Notes under the pieces: generated by a model
Databases searched by the model: none
Told to the model about the DNA's origin: nothing
Seen by the model: the letters and a program-made list of their open reading frames with translations, nothing else
From: Paecilomyces variotii
Lineage: Eukaryota
DNA: 64,000 nt
Direction: 5' to 3' (one strand)
Assembly (NCBI GenBank): GCA_004022145.1
Contig: RCNU01000013.1
Position numbers and translations under genes: made by a program
In this document: positions 11,886-22,915 of the stretch, in pieces
Layout: each line of letters begins with the position of its first letter
Numbering within the stretch: position 1 is the stretch's first letter

Positions 11886-14800
11886 TTATTTAGATAGTAG
11901 ATGCTGATAGCCATCTGCCTTTGCGAGTTCAATCAGCCCATTGAGTTCCGGTCCAAAGTGGACCTGAAATGTTGCAAGGAGATCGGTGACAGCATAACTC
12001 GGTTGTGATAGCCCAGTCACGGCCTGCTCAATTGTTGGAATGTCCTTTGGCCAACGGTCTTTCTTTTTATATCCAATCTCAAATAATCCATAACGGTGTA
12101 AACGGCAGCGGCCCTCGCTCAAAACCCAGGAGCACGGGAGAACCAGTGCAGCACCTCTGTTAATCATCATCCTAAGCGCCATAAGGTATGCTTCCTTATT
12201 GGTGGCGGAAGTATGAAAACCCCTCTGCAACCATTCTGCTACTGAGGAAAGAAAGAGTGCCCAGACAGAGACGCCTTGATAGAGACCGTTAGGGTCCGCT
12301 CCAAAAGTAAGAACCCGGTGCAGAAGGTCGATGTTGGGGACTTGGCTACCGATATTTAGGAATTGTTCTGTTGCGAACCTTGGCCGGAGAATATAATCTA
12401 AGATCGGACGACCTTTTTTGGCTTGGACTTGGTCTTCAGTGAGATATGCCATGCAGTAAGCCCGCATGTCGAAGTCGATTGCCAGTGTGAGAAAATTGCT
12501 TTTTTCCTCCTGCCAACTAGCCAGCACGAAGTCAATGTACCAGCCCGGAGAAGACGCTACATCATAGCATGAGAAGGCCTCGATAGCTGGCTGGAGTATA
12601 CGTGCAGCTCTGATGGATACTGCTGCTTCTTTCCATTCGGGAACTGAAAGAGCACTAACAAGATAGCTTGCTATCCCTAAGGAGATACTGCGGCCGCATT
12701 CGATATTTTGTAGCGCTAGAAACTGTGATATCCTGGCATTAATGATCAACATTCTCGCGTCGTATCGGCCCCCAGTATATTGGTGGAGTAGACTCTGGAT
12801 GTGTGGGAAAAGGAGAAAGTCCCGGCAACACCGATGGAAAAAGTCGACTGTAAGCATGAAGGGGCGAAGTAAAGTGGGGCTATCAAAGACATGTGAGTAT
12901 ATTGACGGCTCAAATTTCCGGCCTTGATAGAGCGAAGTATCCTGGAATTCTTCTGTGGACTCTTCATCAAATAAGTCAAAGAAACTGTCAGGGTTGTATG
13001 TGCATTCAAGTAGGCCCATGCATCGACTGTTGAGCCGCCTAATGGTTGAGTCTAGGCGAAACCTCAATGCTTCACGGTCATTAATGGAGATTTTGTCATG
13101 CTTGAAGGAGTCTGCTAGTGCGAAATCAGGGCTCGATTCGTCGGTGAACGACAAGTCAAGTAAACGGAGAGGATGTAGCGCGACAAAGTCGTGTTCTTCA
13201 TGTAATGCAGTCTGCAGGATGATAGACGCTTCTCGCATGTGCTGAGGGTCAATTGAGGAAAACAAGTGTTTGAAATAGTCATTCAAGTCGGCGGGTATTT
13301 CTTCGAGCTTCCGGTACAAAGTGCGAATGCCATCTCCATCCCGCATTGCTTTGAGCAAATCGCGAACCACAAGCCGTACCCATAAAAAAACTCCCTCGGC
13401 CTTGTCTGTGACCGCGAATATAAGCGCTTCTGCAGCCTTCTGATCACAACGAAGCAGATATTGGAATCGTGGATTGTTGAGGAAATTTGCCCGAACATAC
13501 AGGTCGATATCGTCTCGCGTGAGATCCTCCAGTCGTATCTTAGGAATATCGCTGAAACTGTCTTGGAAGATATTCCAAGGCCTGCTTGATAGAAATATCT
13601 TCACATTCCCTGTGCAGGCTAATCTTTTGAATATTGCAATAAGCTCTTGACGGATCTCATCCGTGCCTTCGTACTGGGGATGATAACTCGTATGATTTCG
13701 GGAAAATCGGCGTGCACTGCGTGGTCATTGTAACATTGCCTACAATGGGCTCAGTGAAAGCGTCAAGCGCTTCTCAGTCCCTCAAAATGAGTTTCAGCTC
13801 TATCAAACTTGCCTTGCTTGTTGGTATTTGCGGTGCGGTCCCATTCAAGAAAGATGGGTCCGAAATTGTACTCGGAGATGTTATCATCAGTGAGACGATT
13901 GTTGAGTTAGACTACGGGCGGCAGTACCACGGTAGCTTCGAACGCAAGGATTCAGTACTTGACGTACACGGTCGACCAAACGAAGAAATACTTGGGCTTT
14001 TGCAGCGCTGGAAAATTCCAGCCATTCTCGAAACCTTACGGCATGGACCCATGGGGCATCTGAGATATTTGCTGCAACGCCTGAATATGGACTATCCGGG
14101 CGCGAGTCAAGACATGCTTTTCCAATCTGATTACATACATAAACATCGTGGACACTGCATGGGATGCAGTGACACTGCAGGGACTGTATGCAAATCCGCT
14201 CTCACCGCATCATGCAGCGATACCCTGTGCGATGAGAGACAATTAGTCACTCGATATCGGTTGGAGGAGGCCGCTAACTCAGGCAGCAAAATCCCGGATC
14301 TTAGTATACATATCGGGTCCATTGGTACTGGGAACGCCGTCATAAAGTCAGCTCGGCATAGAGATCAGCATGCACAATCAGAGGGTATCATTGCTTTTGA
14401 GATGGAGGGGGTTGGTGTTTGGGACAAATTTAACTGCCTTGTCATCAAAGGCGTTTGTGACTATGCAGATAGCCATAAAAGCAAGGTCTGGCAGGATTAT
14501 GCGGCTGCTTCTGCCGCCGCGGTTGCAAAAGAGGTTTTGAAGCAATATGTGATGCCACAAAAGCTGCCACAGAAAACGATTCCCAACGGTGAGCCCCCAT
14601 GGCAGACTTCTAAGTATTCGACTAATTGGAAACAGACTCGGTTCGGGAGCTCTTTTCCCCCTCCAGACAAGACAGTTTCCGAGATGTTCACAGTTTTCAT
14701 ATGTTGACACCAAGATATTCCTTTGATAGTGCTATCAATGATCTTGAGGAACACTCTGTAAAAGATCCGTATAACAGACACGCTCAGCAACGAATTTTAG

Positions 14801-15471
14801 CCAGTCTCCAGTTTCCCCAAATGCAAGAACGCGCACAGAAGATTGAAGCAGCCCACGAGCAAACATATGAGTGGGTTCTACGATCCCAGGACAAAAATGT
14901 GCACACGTGGGATGACCTGGTCACATGGCTGTCGTCGAGCACCGAAACAAGATGGATTTACTGGATATCCGGTAAACCTGGGTCCGGGAAGTCTACTCTA
15001 ATGAAGTTTTTGGGAGAGAGGCTTGATGTCCAAGAACACATGCTCCCATGGGCTCAGGGCTGCTCTGTAATCCGGGCGTCTTACTTCTCTTGGAGCCCGG
15101 GGAATGTACTACAAAAATCTTTGGAAGGTCTTCTGCGTTCTTTGTTGTTGCAAATTCTTAAACAGAAACCGGGTCTGATGTCAGAGGTAATTGATGATAT
15201 GAGATGGAGCGCCGCGCAAATGCCTTCAACCACGCTAGCTGATTGGAACAACTTGGAACTATTTTCTTCTCTTCAAAGGTGCATTTTTAGTCTACAGAAT
15301 GTCTTCATCAGAGTTCTGTTCTTTGTTGATGGGCTCGACGTAGTAATGGCGGCAATCATGCCATATCTCATCCATGGCACAGAGAACAGCGTTGGTTTCG
15401 CGGGGTAGCGCACATATTATCGCTATTTCGAAGCCATCACGGCTCAGCGGACGGTATTGAGAGTTGTTCAT
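11886..15471 (-). pseudogene. PNP_UDP (nucleoside phosphorylase)-NACHT NLR-like gene disrupted by an internal inversion (13676-15340 now on + strand)
   Basis: Minus 15471-15341: MNNSQYRPLSRDGFEIAIICALP (PNP_UDP start). Plus 13676-15340: GDDNSY..LLVGICGAVP..FEMEG..IKGVCDYADSHK, Walker A ISGKPGSGKSTLMK, Walker B FVDGLD. Minus 13675-11886: (E)YEG..KIFLSSRPW..KAEGVFLWV. Confidence 0.9.
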
Positions 15472-15733
15472 AGCAGTAAGCGTAGGCTCGGGGAATCTAT
15501 CCCATATATTCAAGGAACTGGGTATATCCATAAGGTTGAATTGTGTTGACAGCTTATCACTTTCCAAGCAACAGGTCGTGACTTAATCTCGTGCCGAACA
15601 TGTGTTGCTGCAGCAAGCGGGAAGAGTAAAAGAAGACTACTTATTGGCTTGAGCCACGCTGCCCATCGCTACGCTAAGAACAAACTACATACGCTGACCT
15701 CCGAGTTCGCTTGCACTATCCTATTCACTAACA

Positions 15734-17503
15734 ATGGCCAATAATCTGCCATTTGAGCTACTATCTCAAATTGCGGCATATCTACATGCTGATGATTATC
15801 CCCTTGCTGCCTATACCGTTGTTTGCCGGCACTGGCAGACAGCATTCGAATCATTTATTTATTCCAACCTGACCGTGTATAGTGAAACCGTTGAAGATCC
15901 GGAAGCCTACGAAGACAAGATTGAAGTTCACAGCAAATTGCGCGAAATATGGAATACGGCAACGTTCAAGTATCCCTCTAGACCCGCCTGGAGTAGAGAT
16001 GATCAAAACGCGAAGAAATCCAGAAAGCCTCTCTCTCTGTCTCTGTTTACAACTCTCACATCTGGCGCCAACGCCACCCGCCGAGCCTGGATTCGGCACT
16101 TGAAATACAAAGTTGTTGTCCCGTTTCTTATCGAAGATTGGAAGGCAATCAAAGGGCAACACTACAACTACAAGAACCCTACTCGAGAAGAAAATAACAA
16201 GGCATTCCAGTCAGGTGTGATCAGATTATTCGAGATACTGAAGTCCTGGAGCCAAACCCATCGGCTCTCGTTGGAATTAGGTCTGTTTGGACGTGAAGTA
16301 TGTGGAGAGCCGGATACCAACGGGCAATCCCACGCCGGTGATTATGACTGGGATTATACAAACGGGCGTACTACTGCTGTCCAACCCTATAGAGCCCGTT
16401 TCTTGGATGATTCACTGAAGTTTCCAAGCGCCTTATGCGTTGATAGACTCCTTTTCCTGAACGGTGCTGATCGAGAGGGCGGGAATAGAAATCATCGCAT
16501 ATGGGCTAGCACAATATTTGAGATCGTTGTGCACTGTCCTACGCTCACAGAACTGGACCTCGATCTCGACGAATATATTCGTCCAGATCATGAAGGTCTC
16601 ATTAAACAACGTCGTCAAGGTAAGAAGTCCTATATTAATGTTTGTGGTATAATATTTTTATAGCTTGATCTCTGACGTGATTGACACATTTATTTCCCGT
16701 ACCTAGATGTGGCAGAAGGTCTCAAAAGGTTGCCTGATACTTTAAGAGTGTTCAGGTACAAGAATCAGACAGAGTTGAACTGGAAGGAAACCATGCCTGC
16801 TTTGAACGTTTTGCCGCCTTCCGGAACAGACGCACTGTCTATCAACCTGCAGGCCTTGAGCTTCCGTCTTCGAGAATTGAACGTAGAGCAAACTGCACTA
16901 TCGCTCGATTTTCTATGCCCCTTGAATAGAGATTTGAAGCCGATAGGTGACCTATCATCTTTATATTGGCCACACCTCGAAATCTTGAACTTTGAGCTAG
17001 TTCCCCGGTTCACTCCATCAGGTACGTTGATATGTTCTTCTTATTCACCTAGCAAGATCAGCACTCAGAGTTTCGTCAACAAAACAGGTGAATGGTTGTT
17101 TCATTATACGGCGGAGCTTCAAGCTGAAGTTGCAGCAATTGACGATTGGAACGCAGAGATATGCGACTTGGAGAGAGGCTGGTCCTATCGGGAATTGATA
17201 AATTATGATGACTTCCATCGACTATTTGCCTCGATGGGCTATGCGGCACAACGGATGCCGCGTCTTTCCCAGATCAATTTTGTTGGCGATTTTGAATCTG
17301 AAAGCACATTTCACTTTGTCTATGATTCATCTACTGCGGTATTTACCGCCACCTGGGAATCATATTCGGAGTATCAGCCGAATGACCAGGTCGCCAGTGC
17401 CTGGGGCTTCCGGTTGGAGGATACGGAAGATGACGAGATGTCGCGAGACTACGGTGCGATAACATCTACTGTGAGATTCCCTATGTGGCCGCCACATAGG
17501 TAA
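15734..17503 (+). CDS. F-box-like domain protein; introns ~16620-16707 and ~17022-17087
   Basis: N-terminal NNLPFELLSQIAAYL...YTVVCRHWQ F-box-like motif; downstream WPHLE and AAQRMPRL motifs typical of this fungal family. Confidence 0.7.
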
Positions 17504-18294
17504 CACAATGCGCACCTCATCTAACATCATTGGAAAAAGAAACCGTGATGGGAAATCTGAAACACTAGCTGTGCACGTGGGCCGATACTTAGGAACAAGA
17601 GCCGGTAGCGGACAGATGTCCATTCATTTACATTGAGGCGTTGGGGGCCGAGTCTCATTGAGTTTAGAGTAAGTAATGTAACCCACACAATATCTCCGGG
17701 CAGGATTTCGGATGATAAGCTGGATTTAACGAGAAATATTGTGCATTAGTTGGTTTAATTATAGAAGTGTTCAATTGTTCTAGAAATTGTGGATCGAAAC
17801 AAAATTATCAATCTTAATCCAGTTGAAATCCAACCCCGGGATCCAGAGTTCACCCGGTCTTAGCAACGCTGCTCGACGTCCTCGACTGTACCAGGGGAAA
17901 AGAAACTGATGACTGCGATTTAGGTGGCTCCAAAAGCTATTTCAGTAATACTATACTTTCGTCGATAATGTCTTACTTTTGTGCAGCCGTAGTTCAATAA
18001 ATTCAACACGCCGCCGCGCACCGGCGGAGTATATAGCGGAGGGAACACCTACAGCGGAGAATTTTTCCAGATCGGATCTATGTTTACCAGCGTGGTTCCA
18101 TCTACGCTGAACATGGCGTTGAAACTGCTATATTTTCGTTTATTTTTCTTTGTTCAGGCGTAAGATCTATCAACATCGAACTGGCCTGGTTACAGATATC
18201 TCCTGTCTGTCTTGATCGTTACTATACAGACACTTGTACTATAGTATATTCTACCAGGAACACTGAAATAGTCATTTTCTGATACCTTTCAACA

Positions 18295-20095
18295 ATGGCT
18301 TCTGACAAGCCTTTTGACGCACAAGTTCTCATCATTGGCGGCGGGCTCGGCGGCCTCACCCTCGCTACAATCTGCAAGAAGACCGGTATCTCTGTCAAGG
18401 TCCTCGAGCGCAGCAAGCAAGTCAGTCCTGCGGGGGCTGGAATATCTCTCGCGCCTAATGCGCTGCGTGTACTGGATCAACTGGGTCTTTACAGTGATAT
18501 CCTAGAGGAAGGCCAGCCCCTCAAGAAGATCCAAGTCCATCGCAACACTACCAAGTGGAGTGAAATCGACTTCCAGTGGACGGAGCAGGTGTTTGGATAT
18601 CCTGTTATCTCGATCGAGAGACATCACTTTCACCATCTGCTCTATAATGCTGCCGGGGGCTCCGAGACTGTTCTTCTCGACGCTGATGTGACTGACATCG
18701 TCGAGTTTGGCGATGAGAAACAGCAAGGCGTACGTGTCAAGCTCGCTGATGGCCGCGAATTCACCGGTGAGGTGGCTGTCGGCGCAGATGGTATTCGATC
18801 CGTGACCAGAAGGATTCTTGCCCGGCAAGCGGGCTTGGATTCTATCAACTCCATTCGATTCACAGGTCGTGTGCACATGTCGGGTTACACTGCGCCGATT
18901 GAGAATCTAGGACCAGCGGAGCTTGGGGTCGGAAATTGGCTACTGTACGACAATTCGATCCTCACGACATGGCCGTGCAAAGACAACAGGCAATGGTTTA
19001 TCGGTGTCAAGGTGTGTATTCAACAAGGTTGCCGATTTCTAGATGCTAACTGCTTGGATGTAACTACCTAGGCTTCCGAGCTTAAGCAAGCCGACCGATC
19101 AGTCTGGAAAGGCGCCACGAGAGATACCATCAATGATGTCTACGGAGATCACTTCCACCCTTTTGCAAAGTCGGGACATTTCCGTGACAGTATGTTACTG
19201 CGGACGTTGATATACTGAATAGAGTGAATCTAATCATCTTTGATAGTCGTCAATCGCTCGGAGCGCGTGGTCGCAAGCGATGTCTTTGAAGAGACAGACT
19301 TCCCTTCGATGTCATACGGTCGTGTAGCCTTGTTAGGTGACGGTATGTATTTATACACCCCACCTCTACCTCTTAAGCACCTCATTTGGCGTTCGATGGC
19401 GTATGGAACCGCACCGGCATTGTACGCGCAGAAGACAACCTTGCAGACATCTCAGCCCATTTTCTCACAAAATTTGCCTTTCTTGGGACCATGACTCGTG
19501 ATGATATCGCTAACAAGGAGTCCCCAACCCAACAGCTGCGCATTCAATGACTTCGTTCTTCGGCCAGGTAAGGATCTACCTTACCTTTAACCAACACTCG
19601 GATTCCGCTGCTAACGACGTATTTCAGGGTGCTTGTCAAGCTATCGAAGATGCTACGGAACTAGGAAATATTCTGCATGCATACTTCACAAACAAGCAAA
19701 CAGCAAAGAATATCGGCGCGCAATCTCCGCGCCTTGAGGATGCACTTGGAGAATACTGCACCAAACGCGAGGGCCGCGCTAAGGATCTAGTTACTTTCTC
19801 GAGCAACTACGCCAAGGTGCACATGGCGCGACTGCCCTATGGTTTGGGCCCTTTTGTGCGCAAGTTCGTTTATGCCTACATGCCGATCTGGGGCTGGCGA
19901 TGGGCGTTAGAATGGCTGTACGGTTATCAGCCGATGATCGACGCTGTAAGTGGCCTTGTGGCTTTTCTTCCCTGACCAATCGATGAACTGTTTCGAGAAA
20001 CTATTCTGGTGAGATTGAGAGCTCTGGCTAATCAGGTGCTGATGCTACGTTTATTTTAGTTGCTCGAATGGCCTAATGGAAAGGCTAAGGCTTAG
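18295..20095 (+). CDS. FAD-dependent monooxygenase, class A (PynG-like); ~6 exons
   Basis: IIGGGLGGL dinucleotide motif; GADGIRS (DG motif); spliced [27 protein letters not shown] (GD motif). The last exon (20060-20095) is tentative. Confidence 0.9.
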
Positions 20096-22915
20096 GACCT
20101 AGGCGGGCCGAAGTAAGATGCGGAGAGTATGTGTGAGAATGTTATTGTGGTGAGCGTATTTAGGAGGCAATTGCCCAATGATTATTTCAAATTGTTGGTC
20201 TATGTTTAGAATAGAATAGAATTCTCTCCATGTTCTTGAAATTTGACTTTTTGAGAAGCTCCAGCATAGCCTTGGAACTGAGTATTCAATATCAATAGTT
20301 GCAACATGGAGGCTGTCTTTCATATCTCTGTGCCTTAGGCTTATTTTAGAAAAGTTAGAGAAGTCATTCATATTTCGGCCTCTATTTTACTTAGCCAACT
20401 CAATTGATATCGACAGTGGATCGCTTCTAAATTCTAAACAGTACATACCTCCTTCTACCTCCTAAGTGCCGCATGATGGTGCAATGTATCCATGAGTATA
20501 GACGCAGAAGGAATCAAGTACTACGTGATGTCACTCTCTGCTCGTAACTATTCACCCAAGGTGCCATCGCCTCCGATCCGATGTTCTCAAGTTAATCTGA
20601 TCCTTGTGGGGGCCAAACGATGAGGTTGTTGCGGAATGTCGATCCCGGGGCCGATCAAATTAGTCTAGTCACTTCAAGTTAGTCCTTTCTCTTAGCGTCT
20701 CGATCTCTCGCAAATCGACGGACGTCTCGTGGGCACTGTCCAGATCCTACCGTTCGGAGGGATACGTATTATTGGCACCAGCTTGGTTGCTCCGCTCTCA
20801 GTTCCATTGACCTACGGATTTCGGAGGTATCTAAGATCCTGTCGCGGTGGTAATCAGATCCTCCGCGATTATCTTAGATAGATCGTTATGTAGCAGTAGG
20901 TATGATCCCCACAGCCCCATTCTCCGTGGCCTGAGCTGACTCCGAATGGGTTATCCGTGCCACTTCTGGCTCGTGTAATAATATCCGTGGTTCGTTTATC
21001 AGCTCTAGATTGTTCATTGCGGGTGGGGAAGACATAAGAAGCACTATGGAACATTCTGAAACGCTGACATAAGAACCTGGCTTTCATAGTTCTCCGCATG
21101 AACGGGTCAGGGAGATAGATGTATCAAGTAGCAAGCCGTATTTCTCGCATCGTGATCCAGTTCGGTTCGAACACACGGACCATCGGGCCAAAAAGGACTT
21201 CCGCCATGTCGGCGATCGGGAAGTTCGTCACTCCGCTTTGAATCGGTTTCAATTGTGATGCCGTACTTGCAGTCGAGGGCGTGTTCTTGTACAGGGTGTT
21301 GTGGGAATTACCGTGCGCTAGGTATTGCAGGCACATTAATTCAGAGCAGACAGACAAGCAAAAGGTATCTGGGCAGAATGCTTTGACAATATTAATAGGT
21401 CTGCAAGGAAGGCAAGACACAAATCTCATGTTGTGTGACTAATGCGGAGAGGATCCCGCATTCGTGGCCGCGTGTGCTGTATTGTCGACAACGCCGTCTC
21501 TGTGGCGATGATCTTCCGTGCTGAGGTTATCTGCACGCAACTACTGTGACGTGTGATTTCAAGTGGACTTAGGCCAACTGCTGAAGTATGTAGATGGTTC
21601 GCAGAAATCGAAATGTGTATTTGCGGAGATGGAGCAAGAGCCAGTTGATTGAACCTGCTCTACGGGCAAGATCATGCCGTTATGCTCGCCTCTCTCTAAA
21701 CCACGATCGGCAGGTATCTTTCGAACTAATGTTGTCTATGCCTCGTGCTCGGAAGAGCATACTGCACTGCCTTGACTGTACAATTGACACAGCCAAGCTG
21801 CATATACCGCAAAGACCTCGGGCCAGATGCAAGGCAGCTGTTCTATATTAGAACTATATGGCGTCGTCGCCTAGCAAATGATTGCCCGTTGAATAGCACG
21901 AGGCTTTGCCACTAGACGACGCCAGTAAGTGCGGCAGGAAGGATTCCCGCCAGATACACCAATCGCATTCCTCTCCCCAGAACCCATGTTACTGGAGTAT
22001 GAAGCTGTCCATCACAGAGCTCAAAAATCTGTCCCTTAGCCCCCGAAATATGAGGCTCCACATGCAGGCACCGCTTGGTACAGTATATTCCAGATAAGAT
22101 ATGGGGGTTGTGGCTTAGGACCCTTCCTGTATAGTACCAAATACACTGAATGCTTCTTACTGCTAGATCTGTCGTGATGAGGACACCCTTTGGCCCGTGA
22201 GGAAGTAGTAAATATTCAATGTCACAAAATACTCCTTGACTAAGACTTCATTTGGGCCCTTCTGGAAGCCTCGAAGGAATGTGGAGATGCCGAAGCAGCC
22301 GTAGATGAACGGAAGCAACCAAACTAACAGAACGGCAACGAGGTACCCAGATAGCCACATGGTGAGCCGCCAATACGCGGAATACCCGCACAGCCAAGCA
22401 GGATTTCGGCGCTTTGAAGTGGATTGAGGTACACTTTAACATTAGTCGAACCTTGGCCATTGTGTTTCTTTCGAGACGCTGGTTTGGAAACCCGCTCTCC
22501 TCGTGGGGTCTGAAATCCCTGTGGATCTCCCATGGGCAGTCGATCGCTATGAATAGACGTATGGGGTAAGGCCCGAGGACCAGAGTAAGCATCTAGTACC
22601 ATATCAGAATACGAGTAGACAATTCTGAAACAATCCGTTTCTGGTGTCAGCTGGGGGGGGGCCCGATTGGTATCATAAGTGACATTGTTCTCTTATTTTT
22701 CCATGGACTTCCCTTGTGTAGCTCATGCATTTGTGCACATCGTTATTCCCAGAGGATTCCTCTTGTGTCCAAATTCTATCGGTCTTTCAATTTTTTATCC
22801 CACCTTGGCTTTAAATAACTCCAAACATCCACTCTTTAGACAGGAAACGTCGTGATCACCGTGAATTGTGCAGTATCACAACGCCTGTCGGTACGGTTAT
22901 CGTTCCAACTGGACC

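Noticed and set aside
11705-11932. 75-aa minus ORF (..YNSRDSLVVTHPTTN..)
   Set aside because: It is the antisense translation of the 5S rRNA gene
20100-22860. Possible decayed genes in the 2.8 kb gap before the cluster TF (hydrophobic minus-strand stretch ~21900-22400; LYGQDH/LGPD TPR-like words ~21650-21830)
   Set aside because: Fragments are short, broken by stops and not assignable by eye; needs BLASTX
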